From Candidatus Poribacteria bacterium (GTDB taxonomy: Bacteria > Poribacteria > WGA-4E > PCPOR2b): 64,000 bases of DNA. Position numbers and translations under genes: made by a program. The notes beneath the pieces are model-generated. The model searched no databases. It had not been told where the DNA came from and was given only the letters and a program-made list of their open reading frames with translations. The stretch spans positions 3,712,001 to 3,776,000 of the forward strand of contig OZ240245.1 in NCBI GenBank assembly GCA_965198175.1, in the 5' to 3' direction. Of the stretch, positions 40,527-50,510 are shown one piece after another; the first letter of the stretch is position 1, and each line of letters opens with the position of its first letter.

Positions 40527-40799
40527 TTACGAATCCCCCTCCGAATCCTTTACATCTCTGCGCTCTTGGCGTTTCATGCGTTTATTCCACCGAGAAACCG
40601 CCCGGAACATCTCCGTAAAGCCGGCGGCTGCTCCGAACAGAAAGCCGACGATTGATCCGACGGTTTGATAGCCGAGTTTCCCACCAATCCACCTGCCAGC
40701 GAAGAATCCAATGACAATGGCGAATACGAGGGTTAGCCCGATTGTACTGAGATCCCCGATACTGTTCCACTCGCCACCTCTCTTCTTGGACCAAAACAT
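40527..40799 (-). CDS. AtpZ/AtpI-family (ATPase gene 1) membrane protein
   Basis: IGLTLVFAIVIGFFAGRWI....G......IVGFLFGAAAGF; first gene of the atp operon. Confidence 0.8.
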   Translation of the reverse strand: MFWSKKRGGEWNSIGDLSTIGLTLVFAIVIGFFAGRWIGGKLGYQTVGSIVGFLFGAAAGFTEMFRAVSRWNKRMKRQERRDVKDSEGDS

Positions 40800-41006
40800 C
40801 TTGAACTCGCTTGTCCCCTAGATTCGGTATTAGGGAATAAGTATTGGATATTTTCAAGCCTTAATGCCGCGTGTTTTTCTAACTTGACGGTGTTTTCTCA
40901 AGTGGCTCAAACGTGCCAAGGGAACCTTCATCTAAAATCACGAATTCTATCAAGGTCCATAAAAGGGGTCAATTCCGGCAGATCTGTTAATCTCTAGGCG
41001 ATACGA

Positions 41007-42527
41007 CTAACGCAGAAAAACGAAGGTCACAACCACAAAGAGGGGAAACAAAATAGCCACCGACCAGAGCATGTATCCGAAAAAGCTCGGCATCTTAACT
41101 CCGCTGCCTTCCGCAATCGACTTCACCATAAAATTCGGTGCATTCCCAATATATGTGTTTGCTCCCATAAAAACAGCGCCAATGGATATCGCAGTCAGGA
41201 TCTTGACGAACTCAAGATGGTGCGTTTCTGTTAGTGGCCCTGCTAGAATTTCCGGAACGAGATTTTCAGTCAATTGAAGTTTTCCAAGCGCTGTATTGAA
41301 GAAAGTCAAATAGGTCGGCGCGTTGTCTAAAAAACTAGAGAGTATCCCTGTCACCCAAAAATAGTGAAACGGTTCCTTAACTGCCCGAATCAAACCGCTT
41401 AATGCACCTTGTTCACCGGCTTTAAGAATCGCTAGCGCGGGGACAATGGTCATGAAAATCCCAGCGAACAGCTTGGCAACTTCGGCGATTGGTTCCCATT
41501 CAAAGTAATTCTCACGGCGCAGCGCGCCTTCAAATGGCGCGAACTTCAATGATAACAGCCCCATTGCGACAATAAGTAGATCGCGCAGCACATTCTGCCA
41601 CTTCACATGGACACCCAGGACATTTATCGCACCCAACTCGAAGGTGCCGCTCATCAAGACTGCACCAACAATTCCGGCGAGGAAAATCAGGTTAAACAGT
41701 CCAGCGACGCGAATCGGCTCTTTCTCCCCATCATCAGGGACCTGTCCACCCTCGCGTTTGAATAGAACAGTGTCCAAAATGAAAAACAGACCCAGTAGCA
41801 GGACGCTGATGAACAACATATGCGGAAAAAGCGCCCCCGTTGTCCAAAAAAATGGGACACCGTGTAGAAAACCCAAAAACAGGGGTGGGTCGCCCAATGG
41901 CGTCAACGAGCCTCCGATGTTGCTAACCAAAAAGATGAAAAAGATAATCAGATGCGTCTTGTTTTTGCGATAGGCGTTGGCGCGAATCAGTGGACGAATC
42001 AGCAGCATTGACGCCCCAGTCGTTCCGATCCACGAAGCGATTGCCGTCCCAATCAGTAGCAAAACAAGGTTGACAATTGGAGTGCCGCGGAGCGTGCCGC
42101 GCATGACAATTCCGCCCGCAACCGTGAACAATCCCCAGAGTAGGATAATGAACGGGATATAGTCAATCAGATAGATGTGGAGAATATCATAAAACGCGCG
42201 CCCATGAAAAATCGCAATGTATGGTACCGCGAAACTCAATGCCCATGCAAACGAGATTTTGCCATAATGGTGATGCCAGAATGCCGGTGCCACGAGCTGC
42301 CAAAACGCAATTGACAGCAGAATGCCGACAAATGGAATCACGCTCCAGACTGGCAAGACTGCCCCGTCAACACCGTGGTGCTCCCCATGATGCGCGTCAT
42401 CTGTGCCGTGGAATTCACCGCTGTGAGCCTTATCGTGTTCTACTTCCGCAGCAAATCCAATCGGAGAAAACAGAAGCAACAAAGTACCAAGAGTAATCCA
42501 AGAAAGAAACCCGTGCTTAATTTTCAC
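41007..42527 (-). CDS. Putative Na+/H+ antiporter (IT superfamily, CitMHS_2-like)
   Basis: GTTGASMLLIRP, SNIGGSLTPLGDPPLFLGFL, SSFLDNAPTY, GANTYIGNAPNFMVK; signal peptide and His-rich N-terminus. Confidence 0.85.
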   Translation of the reverse strand: MKIKHGFLSWITLGTLLLLFSPIGFAAEVEHDKAHSGEFHGTDDAHHGEHHGVDGAVLPVWSVIPFVGILLSIAFWQLVAPAFWHHHYGKISFAWALSFAVPYIAIFHGRAFYDILHIYLIDYIPFIILLWGLFTVAGGIVMRGTLRGTPIVNLVLLLIGTAIASWIGTTGASMLLIRPLIRANAYRKNKTHLIIFFIFLVSNIGGSLTPLGDPPLFLGFLHGVPFFWTTGALFPHMLFISVLLLGLFFILDTVLFKREGGQVPDDGEKEPIRVAGLFNLIFLAGIVGAVLMSGTFELGAINVLGVHVKWQNVLRDLLIVAMGLLSLKFAPFEGALRRENYFEWEPIAEVAKLFAGIFMTIVPALAILKAGEQGALSGLIRAVKEPFHYFWVTGILSSFLDNAPTYLTFFNTALGKLQLTENLVPEILAGPLTETHHLEFVKILTAISIGAVFMGANTYIGNAPNFMVKSIAEGSGVKMPSFFGYMLWSVAILFPLFVVVTFVFLR

Positions 42528-42662
42528 CAGTATTTGCGCACCTTATCGCCGTCTGTCAAAGTTTATGCAACAATCTGCGGCGGATTCGAATGGGAGAGGG
42601 ACAGATATCAATCAATTGAGACGTTCACAAGTTTACTTCCAAATAAACAGAAGGCAAATTAC

Positions 42663-42690
42663 TGAGTTTGTGAAATTTTTCACAAACTCA
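42663..42690. promoter_or_regulatory. Rex-type operator within a perfect 13-bp inverted repeat
   Basis: TGAGTTTGTGAAA-TT-TTTCACAAACTCA; the core TTGTGAA-N4-TTCACAA (42668-42685) equals the Rex consensus. Confidence 0.65.
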
Positions 42691-42779
42691 AGCCAAAAAA
42701 GAATAGGGCTCTTCCTTAGCTAGCCCACTTCTGTTGGTTCACGCCCATAGCAATCCGGAAAATTTCCATAAACCGCGAT

Positions 42780-42808
42780 ATTGTCTCATATTTTCAAAAC
42801 CGTGTCAA
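42780..42808 (-). promoter_or_regulatory. Sigma70-type promoter for the antiporter/atp direction
   Basis: TTGACA-N17-GACAAT with a TGn extension. Confidence 0.45.
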
Positions 42809-43246
42809 GTTTTTTTTTCGACGCGAATGCTGATAGTCGAAGTCTTGCTTAAAGCGTTGCGCGTTTTGGCTCTCGTGGTATACTACCACCACAATATACG
42901 CTTACTTGACGGCGACTTTTCGATGTAAATCAACTTATGACGACGGGAATTATTGATTCACGCCGGATTTTTCCATTTCTTTCTGGCGCTCGCGCGCTTT
43001 TCGCAAGAGCTGTTTTTTCATTGCCTGGAGCTGCTTTCTGCGATTTAAACTCTGGGCCATGTCTTCAGCGAAAGTTTTGGGGATGCGCTTTGTTTTCATT
43101 TCTGACAATTACCTTTTATTATAATCAGGTTATTTTAAGTATGAACGGAGTATAGGTTAAAACGAGAATTGGATTAGGTTTGGTTTCATGCAATTCCCTG
43201 TGCGTTAACGCACACGTTGGGCAACTTCGGCGAAGTTCATCTGCTA

Positions 43247-43293
43247 TTGACTCAAGGTATTATTCTTTGGTATACTTTATTTGGTATACTTTA
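43247..43293 (+). promoter_or_regulatory. Sigma70-type promoter of cstA with a duplicated extended -10
   Basis: TTGACT-N18-TATACT with TGn; 14-bp tandem repeat TTTGGTATACTTTA at 43266-43279 and 43280-43293. Confidence 0.55.
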
Positions 43294-43418
43294 TAATGTT
43301 GTATGCGGCTGGCACGTATTCCATTTCGTTTCTAGCTTGTTCGTCCTTCTTAAACTTCATTTGAGTAGAAAAAGAAGCCAGTAATTGCGTCAACTCTTCA
43401 CTAGGAGGCTCTGCTTCT

Positions 43419-45107
43419 ATGAACGCTGCAGTAATTGCTGTTGTGGTGTTAGTTCTTTATTTTTTGGGATACCGCTACTATTCCAAATTTCTCTCTGAGA
43501 AGATATTTCGACTTTCTGACGATGAAACGACACCGTCGCATGAACTCGAAGATGGCGTCGATTATGTTCCCACCAACAAGCACGTTTTGTTCGGACACCA
43601 CTTTTCGTCTATTGCTGGCGCTGCGCCTATCATTGGGCCCGCGATTGCTGTGTTTTGGGGCTGGGTGCCAGCGATTCTCTGGGTTGTGCTTGGGACAATT
43701 TTCATGGGCGCGGTGCACGACTTTAGCGCACTTGTTGTTTCTGCGAGGCGGAAGGGGCGATCGGTCGGCGATCTCGCCGGGTCACTTGTGAATTCCCGCG
43801 CAAGAACGCTATTTCTGGTGATCGTCTACTTTTTGATTTTTTTCGTTCTAGCTGTATTCGCCTATGCGATTGCCAGCTTGTTTGTTAAGTATCCGACAAG
43901 TGTTCTGCCCATCAATTTCGAGATTCTCATTGCACTTGCCATCGGTTTTCTGCTATACAGGAAGGGGATTCCCCTGCTCTGGCCGTCCATTATCGCGTTG
44001 TTCCTGCTTTATGTTATGGTCTGGGTTGGAACCCGTGTCCCAATTCCGGTGCCCGAAATTATGGGAAGCCAAAAGGTGACATGGATTATATTCCTACTCG
44101 CATATTCTTTCATTGCTTCGGTTCTGCCCGTATGGCTGTTGCTGCAGCCGCGTGATTACATTAACTCTCACCAACTTTTCGTCGGGTTAGGTGTGATGTT
44201 TTTAGGGCTGCTTGTCGCGCATCCGACGATGCAAGCACCTGCAATCAACCCCAATCCTATCGGCGCTGTCCCGATGTTTCCGTTCATCTTCGTGACCATC
44301 GCTTGCGGCGCAATCAGCGGTTTCCACGGGCTTGTTTCGAGCGGAACCACATCAAAGCAGTTGGACAAAATGACGCACGCGCGGCACGTCGGATACGGTG
44401 GGATGTTGGGCGAGGGAACCCTCGCAATGTTTGCGACGCTCGCTGTCGCTGCGGGAATTAGTCGCAGCGAATGGCTCACCCATTATCACGATTGGCATGC
44501 GGCAAGCAGCGGCGGCATCACCAATTTTGTGCTAGGCGCTTCGACCTTTTTGCAAGCGCTTAGAATTCCAGAGCTGTTGGCAAATACCTTTATCAGCGTC
44601 ATCGTCATCAGCTTCGCCGCAACCTCGCTAGATACAGGCACGCGAATACAGCGCCTGATTATCGGCGAACTCGGTTCAGCTTACAAGATAAAAGTATTCC
44701 AAAATCGCTACATCGGCGCAGCGCTGGCAGTGGTTCCGAGTTTGTTGCTCGCGCTGCTCGTCGAAGCGCCGAATCTCGGTCCTGGTTCCGGCGGTTTCTT
44801 ATTGTGGCCCCTCTTTGGTGCGAGCAACCAACTCGTCGGCGGACTGACGCTCCTCATCGCAACGATTTTCCTGTGGAAATCGGGAAGACCCATCATATAT
44901 ACATTGATACCGATGTTTTTCCTAATCTGCATGACTACGGGAGCAATGATTCTGAATTTTAAGGCTTTTTTCAATAACCCACTGCTGCTTGTCCTTTCTG
45001 CGATTATTTTGGCGCTCGAGATTTGGCTGATTTTGGAGGCGATCTTCGTGTTCAACAGTCAACGCAGCGGTCGTAGCGGTATCCCCCAGGAAGCGGCGAT
45101 GGATTAG
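43419..45107 (+). CDS. cstA: Carbon starvation protein A family transporter
   Basis: DGVDYVPT..VLFGHHFSSIAGAAPIIGP, LPVWLLLQPRDY, IACGAISGFH. Confidence 0.95.
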   Translation: MNAAVIAVVVLVLYFLGYRYYSKFLSEKIFRLSDDETTPSHELEDGVDYVPTNKHVLFGHHFSSIAGAAPIIGPAIAVFWGWVPAILWVVLGTIFMGAVHDFSALVVSARRKGRSVGDLAGSLVNSRARTLFLVIVYFLIFFVLAVFAYAIASLFVKYPTSVLPINFEILIALAIGFLLYRKGIPLLWPSIIALFLLYVMVWVGTRVPIPVPEIMGSQKVTWIIFLLAYSFIASVLPVWLLLQPRDYINSHQLFVGLGVMFLGLLVAHPTMQAPAINPNPIGAVPMFPFIFVTIACGAISGFHGLVSSGTTSKQLDKMTHARHVGYGGMLGEGTLAMFATLAVAAGISRSEWLTHYHDWHAASSGGITNFVLGASTFLQALRIPELLANTFISVIVISFAATSLDTGTRIQRLIIGELGSAYKIKVFQNRYIGAALAVVPSLLLALLVEAPNLGPGSGGFLLWPLFGASNQLVGGLTLLIATIFLWKSGRPIIYTLIPMFFLICMTTGAMILNFKAFFNNPLLLVLSAIILALEIWLILEAIFVFNSQRSGRSGIPQEAAMD

Positions 45108-45200
45108 TGAATTAACTGGAAGTTTGAGAACGGCATTGATGCCAGATTAGCCGTATAGGATTAGATTGTCGATTCTTCAACCGAATCAAGGAGGTTGAAC

Positions 45201-46646
45201 ATGCAAAAGCGATGTTATATTTCTCTATTATTTTCAGTTGTACTCGTATGCAGTGCATTGGTTAGCGTCCAAATTGCCAAAGCAGATCACCCTCGCGGCG
45301 GGCTAGACAATGGCGATGAAGCCCCGGATTTCTCGCTGCCGGACACAGATAATCGGATTGTAACGTTAAGCGATCACCGCGGGAGTGAGAATGTAGTCTT
45401 AATCTTCTACCGAGGTCAGTGGTGACCGCACTGTCAACGGCAGCTCGGAGAGTTGCAACCGCACTACGCCGCCGTTCGCGCCCTCGGTGCGGAGATGTAC
45501 GGCATAAGCGTCGACTCGCCCGCCGTGTCGAAGCAGCAAATTGTCCAAAGGCTCAGAGTGACGTTTCCTATTCTATCAGATGCACGCGGGAGTGACCGTG
45601 ATATAGGCGAGACCATACAGGAATACGAGGTCTGGGATGGAATCTCCAAAATCGCCAAGCCCGCTACATTTGTTATCGATAGAGACGGAATCATCCAATG
45701 GCATGATGTTGGGGAACACATCGGTGACCGCGTGTTTTCTAATACCATTCTCGGAGTGCTTACGGACCTCAGCCAACCAACGAACACGCCGCCCGTGATT
45801 TCCGGAACCATTCCAGTTCAACGCGTCGAAGCGGGTGGGTCGCTGGTTGTCGATCTTGCCGAATACGCGTCCGACGAGCAGGACGACGTAGGCGGCCTGC
45901 AGTGGGAAGTCGCTCCGTCAGAAAACGACATTTTCACCGCTGAAATTAACCGCCATCAACTCACAATTCAGCCGTTACCGGGCGCGTATGGCAGCGCAAG
46001 AATCAGATTGAGTCTCTTCGATTCCGAGAGAGAATCGGATTCACAATCGCTTCTAGTGAGGGTCATCCCCGCACCGAACACGCAGATTGAATTTAATTTG
46101 ACCGTTCCCGAAGGATTAAGCATGTTCCACCTTCCGGTTAGGGTGAACAGCGTCAACGGCGCACCGCAAACCATACTGCGGCTTAGCGATCTGTTTGACG
46201 TGCTCGGCGGCTCGGCGAACGTCCACTGGCTCGTAACGGGGTCCGCTGACGCGCCCGGCGGCGAAAATGAGTTGAAACCGTTCTTCGGCGGCACTAACGA
46301 TTCAATCATTGAAGCCGAAACGGGCATCTTCGCCGCGCTCAAAGAACCTAGAACGCTGCATCTCGTCGGGGCACTGCTCGACGCGCCGCTTTACCTCAAT
46401 CCGGGCTGGAACATCGTCGGGGTTCCGCACTACGACAGCGGCATTGGTCGGATCAGCGACCTCGCTTGGACAAGCCAGATACTGAACAACGCGTCCCGGA
46501 TTGCCGTCCTCGAGGATGGGAAATTTATCGCGAATCCGCCAAGCGAGATTTTTCGAGGCATTCCGTCCGATCGGCCGATACAAACGGGGCAAGCGATCTT
46601 GATAGAAATGACGCGAGCCGTAACGATAACGTTGCCGTTGGAATAA
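45201..46646 (+). CDS. Probable secreted selenoprotein: AhpC/TSA peroxiredoxin-like (UxxC) domain + Ig-like/C-terminal domains, 481 aa
   Basis: ORFs 45195-45425 and 45453-46646 are in frame; the TGA at 45423-45425 sits in FYRGQW-U-PHC, the CxxC position. AAGGAGG RBS, signal peptide and downstream SECIS-like hairpin. Confidence 0.85.
45438..45461 (+). promoter_or_regulatory. Bacterial SECIS-like hairpin
   Basis: CGG-CAGCTC-GGA-GAGTTG-(CAA)-CCG; the G-starting apical loop lies 21 nt after the UGA. Confidence 0.65.
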
Positions 46647-46689
46647 ATTCTTGCCAGCAATCCCGGCTTTGAATTGGGTATAGCCGCTG

Positions 46690-47748
46690 ATGAACCCATC
46701 CAAAATCTCAAGCGTCATTCAAAAGGGCATATCAGAGCGGGTCTTCCCCGGTGCGGTAGTTTACATTGTCGAAGGAGGAAATCTAACTTATTTTGAAGCG
46801 TCCGGGCATCGGATGATCGAGCCCGCAATCAAATTGATGCAGCGTGACACGATCTTTGATCTCGCTTCGCTAACAAAACCCATCGTCATTCCGACGCTCA
46901 TCATGCATCTTGCTGAATCTAGCGATTTGGATTTGCACGCCCCAATTCAATACCACCTGCCAGAATTTGCGCATCGGGAAGTGACGATTCTCCACCTGCT
47001 GACCCATACCTCCGGACTGCCGGCGTGGCGGGCGCTATATCTGGAAACCGGATCAAACGATCAGGTCGTTAGTCTTCTAGGTCAGATGTCATTAGAAAAT
47101 CCTCCGGGCGAGCATGTTGAATACAGTTGCCTTGGGTATATCTTGCTAGGTAAGTTTATTGAGCGTATCACAGGAAGTCCAATTGACCGCCTGGCTGAAG
47201 AACAGATTTTTCAGCCGCTGGATATGCCTAAAACGCGGTATAATCCGCCGGGAGCGTGGACGGATACTTGTGCGGCTACGGAAGATTCCAGCAGCTTCGA
47301 AAAACGGATGGTCAACTATCAGCGGCACGATTGGCGGGAGGGGGTCATCGTCGGTGTGGTGCACGACGAAAATGCCCATTTTCTTGGAGGAATATCGGGA
47401 AATTCGGGGCTGTTTTCAACGGCGGCGGATGTAGGGAAGTTTTGCCAAATGCTAATTGACGGCGGAGATGGTGTGTTGACTGGGAAGAGCATTCTGCAGA
47501 TGGCAACCGTTCATACGAAAGGGTTAAACGAATCGCGCAGCATAGGTTGGATAATCTTGGAGGACGGCTCGCTCTACCACACCGGATTTACCGGAACTTC
47601 GATTCGAGTCAATCTTGAAAAAAACTCCTTTGTTATCCTGTTGACGAATCGCGTTCATCCCAGCGCATTCGGTCCGAGCATGGTTGATTTTCGAGCCAAA
47701 TTCCATCAAAAATTTTTACCGATAGATTTTGAAGGGTTGCGAAAATGA
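46690..47748 (+). CDS. Serine hydrolase, beta-lactamase/AmpC family
   Basis: FDLASLTK (SxxK), LLTHTSGL, YSC, VHDENA, HTGFTGT, LLTNRVHP. Confidence 0.92.
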   Translation: MNPSKISSVIQKGISERVFPGAVVYIVEGGNLTYFEASGHRMIEPAIKLMQRDTIFDLASLTKPIVIPTLIMHLAESSDLDLHAPIQYHLPEFAHREVTILHLLTHTSGLPAWRALYLETGSNDQVVSLLGQMSLENPPGEHVEYSCLGYILLGKFIERITGSPIDRLAEEQIFQPLDMPKTRYNPPGAWTDTCAATEDSSSFEKRMVNYQRHDWREGVIVGVVHDENAHFLGGISGNSGLFSTAADVGKFCQMLIDGGDGVLTGKSILQMATVHTKGLNESRSIGWIILEDGSLYHTGFTGTSIRVNLEKNSFVILLTNRVHPSAFGPSMVDFRAKFHQKFLPIDFEGLRK

Positions 47749-47963
47749 AAGGTAAAAGCGAGGATCGTGTTGCCACCGCCGATCCAGTAATAGCGCAGGT
47801 TTGAGCGCATTCTTGGTTAGCGTCATTGATGCATTTTTCGCCCTAGTTCAGTCCTGAATACCCCCAAATTATCGTTTTAATCGGTTATTTCGAACGCGCC
47901 CGGAATGCTAATTCAACAACGCGCGAATCGCCAGATTCTTGCTCATTTATAGGAGAATTCACT

Positions 47964-50243
47964 ATGTTTTCAAAGACTACACAACAAGCCGGAGCCAAAC
48001 TCGGCAGCACCGCTGCGGAGTCCCAATCGGGGCACGGTTTCGGCACGGCACCTGTCTTCCTTGCCTCGGTGAGCACCATTCTCGGCGCAATTCTCTTCTT
48101 GCGGTTCGGTTATGCTGTCGGACACGTCGGGCTTGGGCTCACCCTCGTAATTATCGCTCTCGGACATTTAGTTACCATTCCCACGGTACTCGCAGTATCC
48201 GAGATTGCAACGAACCGGCGAGTCGCAGGCGGCGGCGCATACTTCATCGTTAGCCGCTCTTTCGGCATGAGCATCGGGGGATCGATTGGGATTGCCCTGT
48301 ATCTTTCTCAAGGGATTTCGGTCGCTTTCTACATGGTCGCGTTCGCGGAAGCCTTTGACCCTATCTATAAGTTGGTAGCGGCAAAGATTGAATTGATAGA
48401 GAGTCCCCCCGACCCTCGCTGGGTTAGTCTTCCCTGCACCGGTCTCCTCATCGCACTTATGTTGACAAGAGGAGCTAATTTGGGCGTGCGTGCTTTATGG
48501 GGCGTCTGTTGCCTCCTAGCGGCAGCAATCACCGTGTTTCTCCTAGGTGAAGCGCCCGAGGGTACAGGGCAGGCGGGACTGAACGTCACGGCACGTATTG
48601 AGAACAACGACGGCTTCGGCACGGTTTTCGCCACGTGTTTTCCCGCATTCACGGGAATGATTGCTGGCTTGGGGCTATCTGGCGACCTGAAAAACCCTCA
48701 ACGAAGCATACCGATCGGCACGATTGGCGCAACGTTCGCGGGAATGGTCATCTACACGCTCGTCGCTATCAAGCTCGCGCTCAGTGCGAATCCTGAAGCT
48801 CTTGCCGCCGACCAGTTCATCATGGCTAAGATAGCGATGTGGCAGCCGGCGATCTACATTGGGTTGGGCGCCGCCGCGCTGTCCTCAGCACTCGGCTCGA
48901 TCATGGTCGCTCCGAGAACATTGCAGGCACTTGCGCGTGACAACGTACTGCCCATTCCCAAGCTGAACCGGCTGATGGAAAAGGGCTTGGGAAAAACTCA
49001 GGAACCATTTTATGCGACTTGTGTGTCGGGCGCAATCGCGATCGTGTTTGTGGTGTTAGGCGGTGTGAACTCCATCGCCCGAATCCTTACCATGTTCTAC
49101 ATGGTGACGTACGGCGCCCTCTGCGCCGTGTCGTTCCTCGAATACTTCTCGGGCAACCCGTCCTATCGCCCCACATTCCACACTCGCTGGTACCTGTCCC
49201 TGCTCGGTGCGGTTATGTGCGGGCTGATGATGATTGAGATGAACATTCTTTACACGTTTCTCGCACTTCTTCTCATGGTAGTAACATATCTCGGACTCCG
49301 CCGTAGTCACCACGGGCAGCGCGACTTGACTGCAATCTTCCAAGGGACGATGTTCCAGCTAACGCGTCGGTTGCAAATATTCCTGCAGAAGAGCCGCATC
49401 ATCTCCTCCGAAGACGGATGGCGCCCATCAATTGTCGCTGTAACTCGCTTCGGGGAGCGTCGGCTTGGGCATTTCGACCTGCTGCGATGGATCTGCCATC
49501 GGCACGGGTTCGGCCAGTTCATCCAGTTTTCCGAGGGCGACTATTCATTCTCAAGCGAGGTTGCCGCGCGCCTCCGTGTCGACGGGTTGATTCAACGAAC
49601 TGAGATCAGTAGAGCTGGTATCTTTGTCGATTCGCTGATTTGCCCGACGTTTCAGCTTGCGCTGGCTCAAACCTTGCAAATGCCCGGTGTCTCTGGTTTG
49701 CCGAACAACTGCATTTTACTAGAGTTCGATCAGGGCAACCCCGACGAGATTAAAGAGGTTGAACAGGGCGCTCGCCTCGCGGCGAACTCGATGTTCAACG
49801 TCCTCATTTTACGATCGACGAGGTACCGTTTCGGCTACCGGTCATCGATTCATGTCTGGGTTACAGAGGAGACCTTGGCGAACGCGCCGATGATGCTAAT
49901 GTTTGCATATATCATCGTCGGGCACCCAGAGTGGAAAGGTGCCGAGATCGAGTTTTTTGGCTGCTTCGACTCCACCGAAGCGGGGCGCGAGGTGAACAAA
50001 CTCTCAACACTCATGACGGAAGGGCGACTGCCAATCTCGACGCATAACGTGACATCCGTATCTTGCAGCATGGACGAGCTGGAGCAAGAGGTGTTCCACC
50101 GATCCTCACAGGCTGACCTGGTTATCGCCGGCTTAAAAGCAGACAGCCTCGAACCGCGTGCAGTGGCTGATGCACTGCGGAATTACGAGCGGGCGAACGA
50201 GGTTCTGTTGGTTCATTCGAGCGAGCAGATTTCAATCCGATAG
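47964..50243 (+). CDS. Cation-chloride cotransporter-like (SLC12/APC) permease
   Basis: STILGAILFLRFG, IATN..V.GGGAYFIVSRSFG, FPAFTG..AG..LSGDLKNP.RSIP.GT, WRP; cytoplasmic C-domain. Confidence 0.88.
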   Translation: MFSKTTQQAGAKLGSTAAESQSGHGFGTAPVFLASVSTILGAILFLRFGYAVGHVGLGLTLVIIALGHLVTIPTVLAVSEIATNRRVAGGGAYFIVSRSFGMSIGGSIGIALYLSQGISVAFYMVAFAEAFDPIYKLVAAKIELIESPPDPRWVSLPCTGLLIALMLTRGANLGVRALWGVCCLLAAAITVFLLGEAPEGTGQAGLNVTARIENNDGFGTVFATCFPAFTGMIAGLGLSGDLKNPQRSIPIGTIGATFAGMVIYTLVAIKLALSANPEALAADQFIMAKIAMWQPAIYIGLGAAALSSALGSIMVAPRTLQALARDNVLPIPKLNRLMEKGLGKTQEPFYATCVSGAIAIVFVVLGGVNSIARILTMFYMVTYGALCAVSFLEYFSGNPSYRPTFHTRWYLSLLGAVMCGLMMIEMNILYTFLALLLMVVTYLGLRRSHHGQRDLTAIFQGTMFQLTRRLQIFLQKSRIISSEDGWRPSIVAVTRFGERRLGHFDLLRWICHRHGFGQFIQFSEGDYSFSSEVAARLRVDGLIQRTEISRAGIFVDSLICPTFQLALAQTLQMPGVSGLPNNCILLEFDQGNPDEIKEVEQGARLAANSMFNVLILRSTRYRFGYRSSIHVWVTEETLANAPMMLMFAYIIVGHPEWKGAEIEFFGCFDSTEAGREVNKLSTLMTEGRLPISTHNVTSVSCSMDELEQEVFHRSSQADLVIAGLKADSLEPRAVADALRNYERANEVLLVHSSEQISIR

Positions 50244-50510
50244 TTCTGAATTGTGCACCAAGTCTTAACGCTAGGAGATGCCACATTTACTATTCAAGTT
50301 TTTCATTGTGGGATTTAGCAAACGACATTTCTGCTTTATTCAAAGGGTTCATCTGAATTCGGTACGTCATTATCACCTTACCGTGGCGTAACATTAACAG
50401 ATTGCCTATTTCTCATTTACATACTAACAAATCATAACGATCCACCCAAGCAATACATTTTGGATAAGAGCGTGATATCTTACCCCAGTGTCTATCTTTG
50501 AAACGTGTTT

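Noticed and set aside
42530..43418. Replication origin at the minus-to-plus strand switch
   Set aside because: No cluster of TTATCCACA-type DnaA boxes and no dnaA/dnaN nearby; explained by divergent promoters.
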